From Octopus vulgaris (Eukaryota), in the NCBI GenBank assembly GCA_951406725.2, contig OX597818.1, positions 113,894,001 through 113,958,000 of the forward strand: DNA of 64,000 nucleotides, written 5' to 3'. Positions 13,993 to 28,700 of this stretch are shown here, piece by piece (position 1 is the stretch's first letter; each line of letters opens with the position of its first letter). The notes under the pieces were generated by a model, which was not told the origin of the DNA, made no database searches, and saw only the letters and a program-made list of their open reading frames with translations. Both the position numbers and the translations under genes were made by a program.

Positions 13993-14200
13993 CGGTGAGC
14001 TAACAGAAACGTTACTGCGCTGGGAAAAATGCTTAGCGGCATTTCTTCTACCTTTACGTTCTGGATTTAAATTCTGCTGAGGTCGATTTTGCCTTGCATC
14101 ATTTCGGTGTCGATAAAATAAGTACCAGTGGAACACTGGTCTCGATGTAATCGACTTGTCATTTCCCTCAAATTTCGGGCCTTGCGCCCGTAGTAGAAAA
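13993..14200 (+). mobile_element. SINE family B (tRNA-derived)
   Basis: GGTGAGCTAACAGAA..AAATGCTTAGCGGCATTT..GAGGTCGATTTTGCC..GTCGATAAAATAAGTACCAG. Confidence 0.75.
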
Positions 14201-14369
14201 GATCCTTAGTTACATCTACTTGAGCTCTAAGGTCGATAAAATGAATGACAGCTAGAATGAGATGATATAATCGGCTCCACACTTTCCAAAAATCAGTAAT
14301 AAGAATTTTTTTTCAGAAATGTGACATCAACAAGAATAAAGATCTAGAATTCAGTTAAACAACAATTTC

Positions 14370-14550
14370 TACTAAGCGTGAAATTTTGAGGTCGGGAGGT
14401 AAGTTAATTCCATCAAACCTAGTGCTCAGCTGATACTTATTTCATCACTCTGAAATGATAAAGTTGGCCTTAGGGGGAATTTGAACTGAGAACGTAACGA
14501 ATCGGTATTGAACATTAACGTGTTAACGACCCTGCCCGTTCGCTGCCTTT
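14370..14550 (-). mobile_element. SINE family B (decayed)
   Basis: Reverse-complement similarity to the 26283-26490 copy. Confidence 0.55.
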
Positions 14551-14689
14551 CCCAATCCTATTAATAATAAATAGATATATAACGATTTGTTACCTAAAAT
14601 CAAAGTCTCGTACTTTGAGGCAGCCCGGAGAGAATGAAAACCCGTGACGTTCTCATAGGAATTCGATCTAAGATTTAAAAGAAACTAAA

Positions 14690-14870
14690 TTCTTGTGGAA
14701 ACTTCCAATTCGACACGTGTGTGTGTGTGCGAGAGAGAGAGGTGTGTGAACAACGAACTTCCACACAGTTTCTGGATACCAAAAGGTATTGGTTGGCCCG
14801 TGGCTGTAGTAGAAAACATTTGGCCAAGGTACTTTGCAGTGAGACTGAACCCGAGATCACACAGCCATAA
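14690..14870 (-). mobile_element. SINE family A, head region
   Basis: TAGTAGAAAACATTTGGCCAAGG..CAGTGAGACTGAACCCG..CACACAGCCA is the reverse complement of the family A head. Confidence 0.65.
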
Positions 14871-15359
14871 ATGATAATTTCTAGTGTAGGTACAAGGTCA
14901 CTGCTGTTATTACTGTTTAGCCCAGAACAACCCTAACGGAGCAGATTTATAATCAAGGTATTCCATGCCTCATCCACCCACTCGTCTTTTTTCCGTTTTT
15001 TGTAAGAGGGAGGAATCTATGTCCAAACATGGTGTATCTAGTATATTATCGAATGACACCTTTCCTTTAGATAACAGTCGGATGTAGTATAAAGATTTGG
15101 CTGCTGCTTCTTGAAGTCAATTATGTGAATACCAAAAATTGTCCTGTATTTCATCGGCCTCAGCAGGACGCGAACTTCGAACAGAAGTAGATACTGCAAT
15201 GTGATATTCATGCATTGTTTTACGTGTATGTATCTATGCGTGTGTCTGTGCAAGTATGAATATATAGATACATACACATTTAAGTGGGGAGGGCGTGTGT
15301 ACAGAGACGTACACAGAATAATATACTTACATATATATATATATATATGCCCCTACACA

Positions 15360-15409
<50 letters not shown>

Positions 15410-16245
15410 TGTGTAGGGGCATGATGGGTGTGTATAAACTCCAGAAGAGAACGAAAATTGGTAATACTTTTGACATAACATAAATCAACTAACTAGATAG
15501 ATACAGACCATTTACATTGTACCATATACATAATAATATATCGGGTGGGTGAGGGTTCGGAATAGGGCTGAAATTAATATTATTACTGATCAAGAATTAT
15601 CTGAGAGCCAGCCGCTTCGCTTGTCAACTTTCTACGCAGATTTCTTACTGTAAGAAATAAATGGAAATAAATAACAGAAAAGATATAAAATAATAAATAA
15701 CTTAGATTTTTATGTTTGTAGCCCGCAGCTTTTATTGCGCTTTTAATCTTGCGAACACTTGAATTTACGATGGAGTGCTTAACTCACTACAAACTACTTC
15801 GCTTCTCACAAGAGTGAAGGCATTAAAATAGGGAAGTAATTTATGACAAACACTTGACGTTTCCACGTTTGGAATTATGTTGTACATAAATAGATAGGCA
15901 GGGTAGATAGATATCTAGAGTCATACACACAAACACTGAACACATTCAAGCATAATTTCTCTTTTTCTCTCTCTCGCTCTCTCTCTCTCCCTCTCTCTCT
16001 CTCACTCTCTTATCCTTTCATACACACACACATATATATATATACATATACAATACATATACACGCACATGTATGAACGTATGAATGTATTTCTTGTGTA
16101 TATTACCTCCTCCTCTAACTTTACCTATATTTACATAAATATAATTTTTTTCCATATTATTTTTATTACCACATCATTTCACTATCAAACAGGATTTGTA
16201 TTTTTTTATTTATTTTTCGCAGATATTCGTTATCAGAAAGGATAT

Positions 16246-16386
<141 letters not shown>

Positions 16387-16565
16387 CATACATACATACA
16401 TACATACATACATAGAGGTAAAATATGTATGTAAACACACACACATATTTGCATGTACATGTTTGTTTGTGTGTGCGTGCGTGCGTGCGTGTGTGTGTGT
16501 GTGTCAGCGCAAATTTGTCTTTGTTTACATGTCTGAGTATACATCCATCTGCAGCATGTTTTTAC

Positions 16566-16640
<75 letters not shown>

Positions 16641-16733
16641 CGATATATGTATGTATATGTACATACATACAAATGCATATATATACATATAAATATATAT
16701 ATATATAAATATGTATATGTGTATATATACATA

Positions 16734-16780
<47 letters not shown>

Positions 16781-17496
16781 TATCGTTTACTTGTTTTAGT
16801 CATTAGACTACGACCATAAGAATCAAGGCACATCAACTGGTAGGACGCCAGAAATGGCTAGGTACAATAACATAGAGCTCAGTTAAATAAACAAAACTGA
16901 AATGTTGTTTATTTCACTGCGAGATCTCTCTTATCGTGAGTGTGTATATGTGTGTATGTGTGAGTGTTTGTGTGTGTGCGTGTGTGGAGAGAAAGGGAAA
17001 GAGAGAGAGGTACATGTGGGTGTTTGTGTATTTATATTGGTACTGCATGGATAATTAGAGATTATACAGTAGAAACGAAAAAGAAAAGTAACATTAAGAT
17101 GCTTTATAAAAGCTATTCTTTATAATATGTTTTGTAATTTATAGACTTTGTTGTGTTTGTGTGTGTGTATGTGTGCGTGCACGTATGTGTGAGAGTGCGT
17201 GTGTACGAGAGCGTATGTGTGTGTACGTGTGAATGTGTTATGTGAGTGTGCAATAGAAGTAACTAACTTTATAGTGAAAAGTATATCAGTAAGGTAATTT
17301 AAGCTGCTTTTGCTGCATAATTCGAATTTTAATCTGGTTATGCAGTGCCTTCGCATGACAATGTAGTTTGTAGACTACTTCCATATACTTCAGACTGGCT
17401 TATTCGAATTCTTCACGGATATGACACCAGTCCACAACACTGTCAAAATGGAATACGTATTTTGTAGGGCAATTTCATTTAATCTACCCTGAAATA

Positions 17497-18786
17497 CGAG
17501 GGACGTTCAATAAGTAATGCCTCTGACCCACTTGCAGTTGTTTGATCTAGCTGAAATTGTGCATGTGCAATCATTTATATCTCTATAGAGTAAGTGGCAA
17601 ATTACAGCTCTGAATTAATTGTGGTTTCTGATTTACAGGTGTTTGAACCGAGTCAAGTGTGAAATGGAGCCTGTTGAGTGTCGAGCAGTGATCCGGTTTT
17701 TGTATTTGAAAGGACGCACACCACGGGAGACTTTTGATGAAATGAAAGTAACTTATGGTGATGATGCCCCATCATATGATCTTGTAAAACGCTGGCATCA
17801 TGAATTCAAACATGGTCGGAACTCTGTGGAAACAGCTCCCAGATCTGGTCGCGCCCTTCTGCCATTGATGAGGCATCTGTCCGTCAAGTTGAGGCTGCCA
17901 TTTTGGAAGATCGACGCATAATTATTCGCCAAATAGCCCATGAGGTCAAGATTAGTACCGGGTCTGTGGAAACTATCATTCATGACCATTTGCATATGAA
18001 AAAGGTGTCTGCCAGATGGATTTCCAGGTTGATCACGCCTTTCCAGAAGCAAGAACGCGTCGAGTGCTCGAGGGTGAATTTGGAGATGTGCCAAGAAGAT
18101 GAGTCAAAATTTTTCAAAAGACTGATTACACAGGATGAAACCTGGGTCCATCACGAAGGTCCAGAGACCAAAGCCCAGTCAATGCAGTGGAAGCACCGTG
18201 ACTCACCCCTCCAAAGAAGGCAAGGGTGCAGCCCTTCGCTGGCAAGGACATGCTCACAGTCTTCTGGGACCAAGACGGAGTAGTGATGACAGATTTCCTG
18301 GCAAAGAGTACCACAATTGCAGGAGCCTATTATGCTTCACTTTTGAGGAAATTAAGAGAAGTTATCAAAATCAAGAGGCGGGGCAAGATCAGCAAAGGCA
18401 TCCTCCTCCTGCAGGACAACGCTCCGGTCCACAACTCGCTTGTCGCCAGATCAGAAGCACAGGCGTATGGCTATGAACTCCTCCCCATCCCCCCTACTTT
18501 CCTGACCTTGCACCCTCTGATTTTCACCTCTTCCCAATCATGAAGTTGTTTTTGAAAGGAAAGCGTTTCCCAGATGATGCAGCCTTGATTTCTGAAGTCA
18601 CGTTGAGGTTGGAGGACCAAGCTGGGTTCTTCTACAAAAACGGTCTCCAGAGCCGCATCAAACGATGGGAGAAATGCGTAACTCTGGGTGGTTCCTATGT
18701 AGAAAAAGACTAATAACTGTGCCAAGTTTCGTTGCTCTACTGCTATGGGAAGTGGGTCAGGGGTATTACTTGTTGAATGCCCCTCG
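17497..18786 (+). mobile_element. full-length mariner transposon (irritans/Hsmar2-like)
   Basis: TA duplication; imperfect TIRs CGAGGGACGTTCAATAAGTAATGCCTCTGACCCACTT / AAGTGGGTCAGGGGTATTACTTGTTGAATGCCCCTCG; 1290 bp. Confidence 0.95.
17664..18713 (+). pseudogene. mariner transposase, frameshifted
   Basis: MEPVECRAVIRFLYLKG; WISRL (WVPxxL motif); ITQDETW; LLQDNA; PYFPDLAPSD; split over several frames. Confidence 0.92.
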
Positions 18787-18888
18787 TATATTGTTTTTTA
18801 ACACTTATAAAGAGAAATTTTCTGGACGAAAAACCGGTGCTTCTAGACTTTTAACTGCAGACATACGTTATGTTATATTGATATAAAT

Positions 18889-18945
<57 letters not shown>

Positions 18946-19039
18946 GTTCTCTTTCAATTTTTAATTTAGAGTAAGTTTTGACCGGTCATCGACTTATTAG
19001 CAAGGTTGTAAATGGAAGTATCTTCATTTAACCTCATCC

Positions 19040-19482
19040 ATCATGCATGCATGCATGTATGTATGTATGTATGTATGTATGTATGTATGTATGTATGTAT
19101 GTATGTATGTATGTATGTATGCATGTATGCATGTATGTATGTATGTATGTATGTATGCATGTATGTATGTATGTATGTATATATGTATGTATGTATGTAT
19201 GTATGTGTGCGTGTATGTATGTATGTATGTACGTACGTATGCGTGTATGTATGTATGTATGTATGTATGTATGTATGTATGTATGTATGTATGTATGTAT
19301 GTATGTATGTGAGTGTATGTATGTATGCATGCATGTATGAATGTATGTATGTATGTATGTACGTACGTATGTATGTATGTATGTATGTATGTATCTATGT
19401 ATGTATGTGTGAGTGTATGTATGCATGCATGCATGTATGTATGTATGTATGTATGTATGTATATATGCACCTTTGTATGTAT
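19040..19482. repeat. (TATG)n microsatellite, imperfect
   Basis: Direct reading. Confidence 0.95.
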
Positions 19483-20288
19483 GATTCTAAAGATATTAAA
19501 TATCACTCGCTTTTTCGTATGAATAGACGATTATATCATTTATTCTACGTATATCATTTCAGTAGGTGAATGTCTGTAACTATTCCATATTCCATTGCTA
19601 ATCATATTTCTCAGTCATTTGAATAATCGGTAAAATTTTATATGAGTAGCGATTCAAGAAATTTCTGCTTCTAATGAAATATACAAACTCTACTTTTCTT
19701 CATTTCTATGCAGAAACGTTCATCAATTAATATATTGCCCCTTAGTTTGTCAAGCAAGCTCGAGCATAAGTTACAAAGCCTGAAAACGTAACATCATCTG
19801 GAAGTTTCTTCAAGGAACTACTGTCGCCATACAAAACGCATTACTTTAAGGATCTGCTTGAAAATCAACGATCTAATCAAGAGAACGGGATGCAAGTAAT
19901 ATTTCTTCGATACAATAAATACAGTAATTATCATAACGTAATATAAGTCAAGCTTCAGATTTCGTAAATGTACTCCACAAAACGAAGAACACGACTACCT
20001 TGAAACTAACTTTCTCAGTATTATATAAAATGTGATTTTCAAAAGAAGTCATTCGAGGACTGCAGTTGGTTTCATGTATAACACGATTGTCAGCCCTGCT
20101 TGAACTTAAAACGTCGTTTTACTTCTATGCATAATTTGGGCGGCATTTTGAGTTCTAGACATTCTGATTGTTGTGTAAGACATGAAACAGATTTCAAACA
20201 TACATACATACATACATACATACATACATACATACATACATACATACATACATACATACATACATACATCTGTCTGTCTGTCTATATT

Positions 20289-20382
<94 letters not shown>

Positions 20383-21259
20383 TAGAATATCATGGTAGTG
20401 GGGATGGCGGTGACTGTCTCCCGCTAGTGGTGCAAACATGAGTGCTCATATGCACCACAAAACCATGAGAAATTCTCTAATGGTAAATATCGCAGTATTA
20501 TGTGTTCTGACATCCACTTTCATGAGGTGATAAATTTTACTTTTAATCATTTTTATTTGAATGTATGTATGTATGTATGTATGTATGTATGTATGTATGT
20601 ATGTATGTATGTATGTATGTATGTTTGTATGTATGTATGTATGTATGCATGCATGTATGTATTATTTTGTTTCACGAATAAAAATAGAATACCTAATCTA
20701 TACGTAGAGTGACATGTATATATAAAGTAACACATTATAACTGAATCTTTCATGCTCAACTGATAATTATTGATTACGCAATGATCAAACAAATGAACTT
20801 GAACCAAACTATAAGAATATCCGAAAATACTAACACTACTTCTTATGGGGCATGTTGAGATAGCAGATATATGGTATGTGATGTCTTGGAATGATTTTTC
20901 CCCCCATGGACATTATAAAATTTAACTTTTTACTGCGAAAAGAATATATCCACTCAAAATTGCATTACCCTTAACTAAAGCAAGCAGTTTAATATACCAA
21001 TCTATCTTTTGTTGAGGAATGTCATGTCTGAAACTATTCTGTTGAGATATGAGATATGTAGAGTTTACTGAGACAACGTGACTTGCAGATATTTAACATT
21101 ACAGGAATAACTATAGAATTTAATTTAGCAGTGGAAAGGTTTAAATAATTAAAAAAATATAAACTTAAAGAAATAGCTCAGATGAAAAAGAAAAGAAAAA
21201 GCAATAGGAAAAAGTATTTAAAAAATAATGCAGGTAAAATATTATTATTTTTTTTCTTT

Positions 21260-21460
21260 ACTATAAACATGCGGCCTAAAATTTGTGTATAGGGATACGT
21301 CGTTTATATCGATCCAGTGCTCAACTGGTACTTATTTCATCGACCACGGAAAGATTAAAACCGACCTCAACAGACTGAACCTAGAGAGCAAGTCGGAAAA
21401 AATGGCACCAAGTCTTTTATCTGGTGTGCTAGCGATTCTGTCAGCTCGCCGCCTCGGATA
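21260..21460 (-). mobile_element. SINE family B (decayed)
   Basis: CAGTGCTCAACTGGTACTTATTTCATCGACC..GCTAGCGATTCTGTCAGCTCGCCGCC. Confidence 0.7.
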
Positions 21461-21768
21461 CAAAGAATAATAAAACTTTAAAAGACAAAGCAACATAGAA
21501 ATAGTTTAAATTTGAATGCGTACAGGATGAAGCAAGGATTAAATGAATTCAAACCTTATATACTAATGGATCTTTAATAGTGTATTTATAATTCTTATGC
21601 GCTTATTATTTTTTTATACTTGTTTCAGTAATTGGACTACAGCCATGCTGGGACACCGCCTTGAAGGGTTTAGACAAACAAATCCCCCCCACCCCAACAA
21701 TTTGCAAAGTGAACTTCTTAACTACAACCATTCAACATGTGTGTGCGCGAGCGGGGACGTATACGTGC

Positions 21769-21838
<70 letters not shown>

Positions 21839-22159
21839 ACTCACACACAGACACATGCACACCACACACACACACAGACACATGCACACCACACACATAT
21901 GTATAAATATACATGCATATAATCACACAAAGGACGTCATTAGTTATTTGCAATGCACTTGAATTTTTTTTCTTTTGTCTGGAAAAGCATTTGCACACAT
22001 CACTAGAGGCTGTCTCCCTCTAACCACTTTGGTGCCGGTTTGAATTTGAAGCATCAATTAACTTTCTTTGTTATTATTTAATTGTGGAAGCATAGAGAGA
22101 TTTGTAACTTTTTCATGCATTTTTGTCTTTTTCATTTATGACAATAACAATAGAGATTT

Positions 22160-22400
22160 TAACAGTACCAGTGGCCTAGCTCTCCGTCGGTGACGACGAC
22201 TAATGTTCCAGTTGATACGATCAACGGAATTGCCTGCTCGTGAAATTAACGTGCAAGTGGATGAGCACACTACAAACACGCATACCCCTGAAGTAGTTCT
22301 CAGGGAGATTCAGTGTAACACAGAATGTGACAAGGCTGGTCCTTTGAAATACAAACACAACTCGTTTTTGCCGGCTGAGTGGACTGGAGCAACATGAAAT
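22160..22400 (-). mobile_element. SINE family C fragment
   Basis: Shares CAGCTGAG.GGACTGG.GCAAC..GAAAT segment with 27160-27375. Confidence 0.5.
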
Positions 22401-22404
22401 AAAG

Positions 22405-23330
22405 AGTCTCACGGCGGCGTTGCAGAGAATAGAGCTTCAGCTGTTTAAGTTGAGCCCAATAATCAAGTCCCATCATGACATTTATTATATTTTTTTTGTG
22501 TGTGATTGATCTTTGAGGCGCTTCGATCCTCATTATATCTTGTTTTTTGTAGGGGGACCACAATGGGCAGCAGTATTCGAGGTGGGGCCTAGCGAATATG
22601 GAGACGAGAAGGATGATGGTTTCATCATTCCTAGATTGAAAAGTTCTGAGGATCCATGAGCACATTCTGCGGGCAACATCGACTTTTTTGTTGACGTGCA
22701 CACTCCAGCTAAGGTTGCTGATGACAGTTACAGCTAAGTCTCTGGTATTACCCGACGGTTCAAGTAGGTATCGCGACGGTAGTGTATTTGGTTGTTTGAG
22801 TATGCCTTCTTTTCCAAAGTGGATGAGCTCAAATTTCTCCTCGTTCAACTGCATATTGTTTTTTATTTTATTTATTCATTTTTTTGTTTTTGTGCTCACT
22901 GGGTTACTGTGCATAGGTCCGATTGAAGCAACGTTCGATCATATGCTCCCTTAATGACTTTCTGGAATATAGTCATCTGCAAATATTTTAATGGTGCTAT
23001 GTTCAATGGAATCTGCAATGTCATTGATATAGACAATAAAAAGAAGTGAATCCAGCACAGTACCCTTCGGGACTCCGCTGATGACTTTTGCTGGTTTTCC
23101 ACCAACTACAGCGTTGGATAGTTTCCTTAACAGTATATTGTGGTCGACTCTGTCAAATGCCTTGCTGAAATCAAGGTATATGACATCCGCGTTGGAGCCC
23201 TCAGTGCATTTAAGATATAAAAACTGGTGAAGGAGCTATATTAGACAGTCCCTCCCACCACGAAAGTCATGCTGGTTGCAATTTAGGAAACGATTTTGTT
23301 CTAGGAAGGCTGAAATTCTTGATCTCAACA
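22405..23330 (-). mobile_element. CR1-like LINE RT remnant
   Basis: IYLDFSKAFDRVDH (~23140-23180), FADD (~22972-22984), RPHLEYCCPLWSP, LKLYSLQRRR. Confidence 0.88.
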
Positions 23331-23427
23331 CTCTCTCATATACTTTGATGATATGTGAGTGAGATTAGACGGTATATACATACATACATATATATACATG
23401 CATATATATATATGTATATATATATGC

Positions 23428-23482
<55 letters not shown>

Positions 23483-23484
23483 GA

Positions 23485-23520
<36 letters not shown>

Positions 23521-26282
23521 TACATACATACATATATGAATATAAGGATGTATATTTATAAACATGAATGTACATGTGTGTGTGCCTACATACGTACACA
23601 CATATATATACATAAATACATACATACACAATACATACATACATACATACATACATACATACATACATACATACATACATACATACAAGTCCTACTGTTA
23701 ACTCCCATGAGAATACCTGCCAATCATTGTAATAGGAGCTATAAATCAAAAGTGTTGTTAGTGACAAGGCACACCTACCTTTATATGAAATTTTGCGAGA
23801 CTAAACCTGTTTGTCAACCATAGATTTTACGATGCGTGAAAACGTTTATTGATTCGCTGACAATCATGTCTGTTCTGTAGTGCGTGACTTGGGCTCGATT
23901 TGAGAAAACTCTTTGGAGGCATTTCTACCTTCCCCCTTTCTTCCTTTGTGTGTTTCTTCTGTTCTCACACTCTCACTCCTGCGTTCTATCTCCACTCCCA
24001 TTTGATCGATACACACACACACACCCATAGGATGTGATATCTGGAAATGGTTGGACAGTTACGAAATAATTAATAATACTGAGAGCAATTGAAGGCGTTG
24101 CCAGGAAGTTGTCTCATGGCATCAGACTGGTTAAAAGTTTCGACCACCATTCCCACCAACACCACCGCTACATCTCTTGTGAGTCATATTTAGAAAGAAA
24201 AATAAAGGAGAAATAGAGTGGCAATAGAATGGGAGAGAAGAAGAAGAAGAAGAAAGAAGAGAATGCGAGCTAGGGGTGGAGGCTAGTGTGAAATCCTACA
24301 AAAAATGTTGAGATCTGCAATGTGCAAAACAAAATCGGATGAAAGGGACTGAACAATTGAAAGAAGACTTTTCATTACTTGTTATGTGTTTTAGTATTTT
24401 ATGTCCGAGTATGCATAGGATTGACTGGCCACAACCGGACACTCGTGTCCGTCTTCTTGTCCCATGTGATGTCCTTGGTCACCGTCGACAACGACGGACG
24501 AACTAATTGTCTGATGACTGTCAAATTCAGAGTGAATCGAGATTACATCATTATTTTTATTCCCTGTTCAGAACCACTTTCTTTACGTCCCTAAAGGCTT
24601 CAAGAAAAATTTAACAATCATAATTTCCATTTAGCATCGCTCTTGTCTCAATAAAGCTAATAAAAGTGTTGATTCAGCTCAAGCCAACCTTGTCCCAAAA
24701 ACCTATAATAAAAGGCGTTGGCAGTTATTGCCTTTATTTTGATGTCCTTTCTTTGTTAACTGAAAAGAGTGTTATGTAAGGGAGAATTTAGTTTACTATC
24801 CCAAACAGGTCTACTTATATCTTAAATGTCTCAATGTCCCCTCGTTGTCTCAATGTCTCCTCCTAGTTGTTGATTAGACCTGATCAACTCTGATTTAAGT
24901 ACACTTTCGATCTTTATATCCATATTGAATACATCTTGAGTTATATCATCCAGCGGACCCTCCCATGGGATTTGAGTGAGATGAAACTGCGATTTCTATC
25001 AGATTAAATCACTGTGGATATCTTCCTCTTCCCCCCCCCCCCCACACACACACAGGCGTGAACTTCAGAAACCACAAGTTGGCTGAGAATGACGAAAACA
25101 ATACACGCGCGCGCACACACACACAGAGCATTTCTAGAATTTACATATATAAACGCAACATTGATTCATAGCTTAGACACAAGACTACAAATGTTGTGGG
25201 AGAGAATAACTGAGCTGTAGCAACTGTCTATTTTCTTTCTTTTTTCTTTTTTTTTAGGGAAAAAAAAACATTTTTTTCAACCATTTCTATTTTTGTCCTT
25301 TTCTGTGTTTGGAATGAGTGTTATATGTACTTTGCTGGCAAAATTTTGTTCCAAACCTAAGTTATCAATAATTGAGTTGTAACTCTTTACCAATAGTAAT
25401 TAAATTCTCCCAGAAATAGGTGGAACAATAAATACTGTAAGAATTGACCATGATAAAGTTTGTGGCGTTGTGTATAGTTTCCATTTGAGTTACATAGAAT
25501 ACGTTTAATATATGTTTTTAAATTCATTAAATACTTGCTATTAGAGTTGTATTTAGAAGCAAGAGGGACAGAAGTCTTACAATATAAATTTTCTTATGAT
25601 AGAAGAAACATTAGAGTTGTATGTGCCTGGCACGTGTATTTAATAGATACCATATAAAAAAATTCATGTAAATGAATCTTTCTAGCTTCCTTTCAGTGAA
25701 CACCCTATAGTTAGTATATTATAACTTACTATATCATGAAATAAAGATTCTTTTTCTTCGTCCAATGATGAAGCTAATATGAAGGTAAAGTCTTAGCCAC
25801 CTCATTTTGTTCGACAACTCATTATCTTCCGATAGTATTTTACCAAAAAGTATATTTGTGTTGTTAAATACTGTTGACATACGCACCTTAAATTGTTTTG
25901 GGAAAATAAAGTGTGGACGCAGAAAATATTATTAAAAAACTATATAGCTACTTATCTACTTCACCAAAATGACACAAATATTTCGAAAATATTGATTTAT
26001 TTGCGTCTTTGAATTTCAACGAAGCCCTTCCCCATAAACTGAACCAGACAGTGTAGTTCTCTTTATACAACTGTATTGAGAGAATTTTGGATCTCTGAAA
26101 CAGGCCAGCTGATAGCTCCAAGCAATTATTTAACCTTCTTTTATTAAAGAAGATTCAACAGAGACCCCACAAGTTATTGAAATTATTTATTGTTCTATAA
26201 TAGGTATATGAAATCTGCTGTTAAAAATTCCGAACGGAAGTAAACTTCTGGTGCAAATATTTTCAAGATTTTCTTTAAGAAA

Positions 26283-26490
26283 GTCGGTGAGCGACCAGAA
26301 TCATTAACACACCGGACAAAATACTTAGCGGTATTTCGTCCGTCTTTACATTCTGAGTTCAAATTCCACCGATGTCGACTTTGCCTTTTATCCTTTCGAG
26401 ATCGATAAAATAAGTACCATTTGAACACTGGGGTCGATGTAATCGACTTACCACACTCCTAAATTGCTGGCCTTCTACCAAAATTTGAAA
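26283..26490 (+). mobile_element. SINE family B
   Basis: B-box GAGTTCAAATTCC, body GTCGACTTTGCCTTT..GATAAAATAAGTACC..GGGGTCGATGTAATCGACT. Confidence 0.8.
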
Positions 26491-27159
26491 TCATTATGAT
26501 GTAACAACTATGAAACTCTCCAAACTTCTTCACTTTTTATACTTACTCAACAAGTAGAAATGGCATGTGGCTTTTTTTATGTATATATTTAGAAATATAT
26601 TTGCACATGTTTCCAAAATAGCTTAATTTGTGTTTTACGTTTCTGGTTTTTGTTTAATCATCACGAAATGGATAAATAAAGCAATCGTTCAGTTAAAATA
26701 ACGTGTAAGCTTTTGACATATATTATTTTTCTGCGTTCCTTTTAGGACCTAGTTCGAACTCATGACTTAAAAGGACGCAACTAAGTACTGCATGCGACAT
26801 CCCTACCGATTCTGCTAACCATTGCTTTAATACAGATGGAGTATTGAAAAGATAACATCAAATCAGTTATGTCTATCTGTAGTAACTTGGTTTAGGGAAA
26901 TACAGGAATAAATAAATATTGAGCTGAAACGTTACTACAACTCAAAGGCATTTCTCATGGCCTCCAAATATAAAAAAAAAGCGTGCCTGGTATGGCTCTA
27001 CCTTCAAATACATTGAGTACTTTTCATTTTAAGACTAGCACTAATGGTTTAAAATGCCTGTAATGTTGTATGTGCATAAACATACATATTTAGTTTTGTA
27101 TGTAGACATATACATGTACGTATATGTATATATATGCATATATATGTACACTCATATAG

Positions 27160-27375
27160 GTAAAGTAAAGTTACTTTCCTGAATCACACTGACTCATAAG
27201 GGCGGGTTTCCCAGTTTCATGGCATATATATATTCCCAGCCTAAATGGGGCGCCGGTCCATCGCAGCGTTACTCATTTTTGTCAGCTGAGGGGACTGGGG
27301 CAACAAGAAATGAAGTATTTTGCTCAAGAACACAACGCGCCGCCCGGCTCAAGAATCGAAACCACAATATTACAA
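27160..27375 (-). mobile_element. SINE family C
   Basis: Reverse complement contains GTTTCGATTC and GTGTTCTTGAGCAAAATACTT core, as in 37615-37940. Confidence 0.65.
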
Positions 27376-27449
27376 CCATGACACACATATATACAGTTAT
27401 ACACGCCCATGTGCACATGCACACGCACACAGACACGCATATATATATA

Positions 27450-27653
27450 CTCTTTTACTTGTTTCAGTCATTTGACTGCGGCCATGCTGGAGCACCGCCT
27501 TTTAATCGAGCAACTCGATCCCGGGACTTATTCTTTTGTAAGCCCAGTACTTATTCTATCGTACTCTTTTGCCGAACCGCTAAGTAACGGGGACATAAAC
27601 ACACCAGCATCGGTTGTCAAGCAATGCTAGGGGGACAAACACAGACACACACA

Positions 27654-27697
<44 letters not shown>

Positions 27698-27791
27698 ACA
27701 GGCTTCTATCAGTTTCCGTCTACCAAATCCACTCACAAGGCTTTGGTCGGCCCGAGGCTATAGTAGAAGACACTTGCCCAAGGTGCCACGC

Positions 27792-27792
<1 letters not shown>
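27450..27792 (-). mobile_element. SINE family A (well preserved)
   Basis: TTGTTTCAGTCATTTGACTGCGGCCATGCTGGAGCACC..CTCACAAGGCTTTGGTCGGCCCGAGGCTATAGTAGAAGACACTTGCCCAAGG. Confidence 0.85.
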
Positions 27793-27840
<48 letters not shown>

Positions 27841-27869
27841 TGCATGTGTGTGTATGTGTATATGGATTC

Positions 27870-28700
27870 CTCAATTTTTATGTCGTGAATTCCTCGCTTT
27901 CCATATCTCCCGAAACGCCTTAGATTTCTAGAAATAACTTATCACAATCGGCGATCTCGGTATCAGAATCATCATGGACGTAGGAAAGTCATTCCTATTC
28001 CACAATTATTGCTACTAAGTTAAAAAAAAAAGGCAACACATGGTTCGATATCTGAGGAATTACAAAGGGGACAAGGTCTCTGACTTCCTGAGTTATTCAC
28101 CCAAGACAGCCTAAAAGATCAAGCACATCCCCACAGTTCGGTTCTGTATAAGAACTATGAACTAATATGAAATCGTACGAACAGCCACTCCATAGATAAG
28201 TTCACAAAGAATCTTACAAACATCTTCAAAGAATATATAATTTTTACCACCAATTTAACCAAAGTTGACTTCCTGGAAGTTACCCTAAACATCAAAACAT
28301 GCAAATTCTATCCCTGTAGAAAGCCTAACAGGGAGCCTATTAACATTTATAGAAGCTCTATGAGAAACGTAGTCAGAGGTATCAGCAGGCGGACAGTGAA
28401 ATCTTCCTCAGAGCCGTTTCATTATAACGAGGCTCTAGCAAGAAGCAATGTTACTGACAAATTGCTGCATACGAAAAACATTAGATCCCACTCTCAAAAC
28501 CAAAGAAAATTATAAGATGACGGTAATCTGGTTCAATCCTCTGTTCAATCTGGTAGGTTCCACTAATTAGATAGAAGTTTTCTCTTCACAAGCACCCATA
28601 AGTCTCATAAACGTTTTAATGCCCATAACATTAAGCTTAGCTACTCATGCTGAGATAATATCGCTTCCAATATTGTGCACTACAAGAGAAACAAACACAT
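27870..28700 (+). mobile_element. Penelope-like element RT/thumb remnant
   Basis: NLTKVDFLEVTLNIKTCKFYPCRKPNREPINI, IWFNP and NIKLSYSC motifs typical of the PLE ORF; many disablements. Confidence 0.8.

Noticed and set aside
19012-19569. [12 protein letters not shown]-type ORFs here and throughout the window
   Set aside because: Microsatellite translations
24510-24546. CTGATGA followed by a short stem
   Set aside because: No correctly placed GAAA, stem III or stem I
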